A DNA stretch of 64,000 bases from the IMG/VR virus record IMGVR_UViG_3300025030_001854, positions 64,001 to 128,000 of that record; one strand, written 5' to 3'. The stretch comes from a virus. The notes under the pieces are model-generated. The model was not told the origin of the DNA, made no database searches, and worked only from the letters and a program-made list of their open reading frames with translations. Shown in pieces: positions 64,000 through 64,000 of this stretch (the stretch's first letter is position 1; the number at the start of each line of letters is the position of its first letter). Position numbers and translations under genes: made by a program.

Positions 64000-64000
64000 G

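Noticed and set aside
1-64000. Alternative genetic code (stop-codon reassignment)
   Set aside because: The standard code gives full-length, tightly abutting genes, with TAA, TAG and TGA all used as stops.

Overview
AT-rich, densely coding segment of a large tailed dsDNA phage genome (jumbo-phage-like; no ribosomal or cellular housekeeping operons). Layout: (1) 1-10.7 kb minus-strand block with a TROVE/Ro60 gene missed by the ORF track, two phosphoesterases, a DenV-like glycosylase, an ECF sigma factor, a phage tmRNA (6560-6942) and a class II ribonucleotide reductase. (2) A divergent gap holding an unexplained, GC-rich, multi-stem ~430-nt candidate ncRNA (10845-11280). (3) 11.4-36.8 kb plus-strand block with a second sigma factor, a SET-domain protein and a ~24 kb glycan biosynthesis/tailoring cluster: many glycosyltransferases, Gmd/ColD-like/Fcl-like enzymes, a TPP-dependent E1 alpha/beta pair, two B12 radical SAM enzymes, an SGNH-acyl-AMP ligase-ACP fusion and an HldE-like kinase. 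(4) 37-47 kb replication module (RecA, DnaB, DnaG, split DnaE with a DnaQ-like gene between the halves). (5) Two ~1580-aa probable virion proteins, more glycosyltransferases and a Gly/Thr-rich tail-like gene at the right edge. The best candidates for an undescribed system are the large structured RNA and the acylating/methylating glycan pathway. GATC appears strongly avoided throughout. All calls come from motif recognition by eye; no searches were run.
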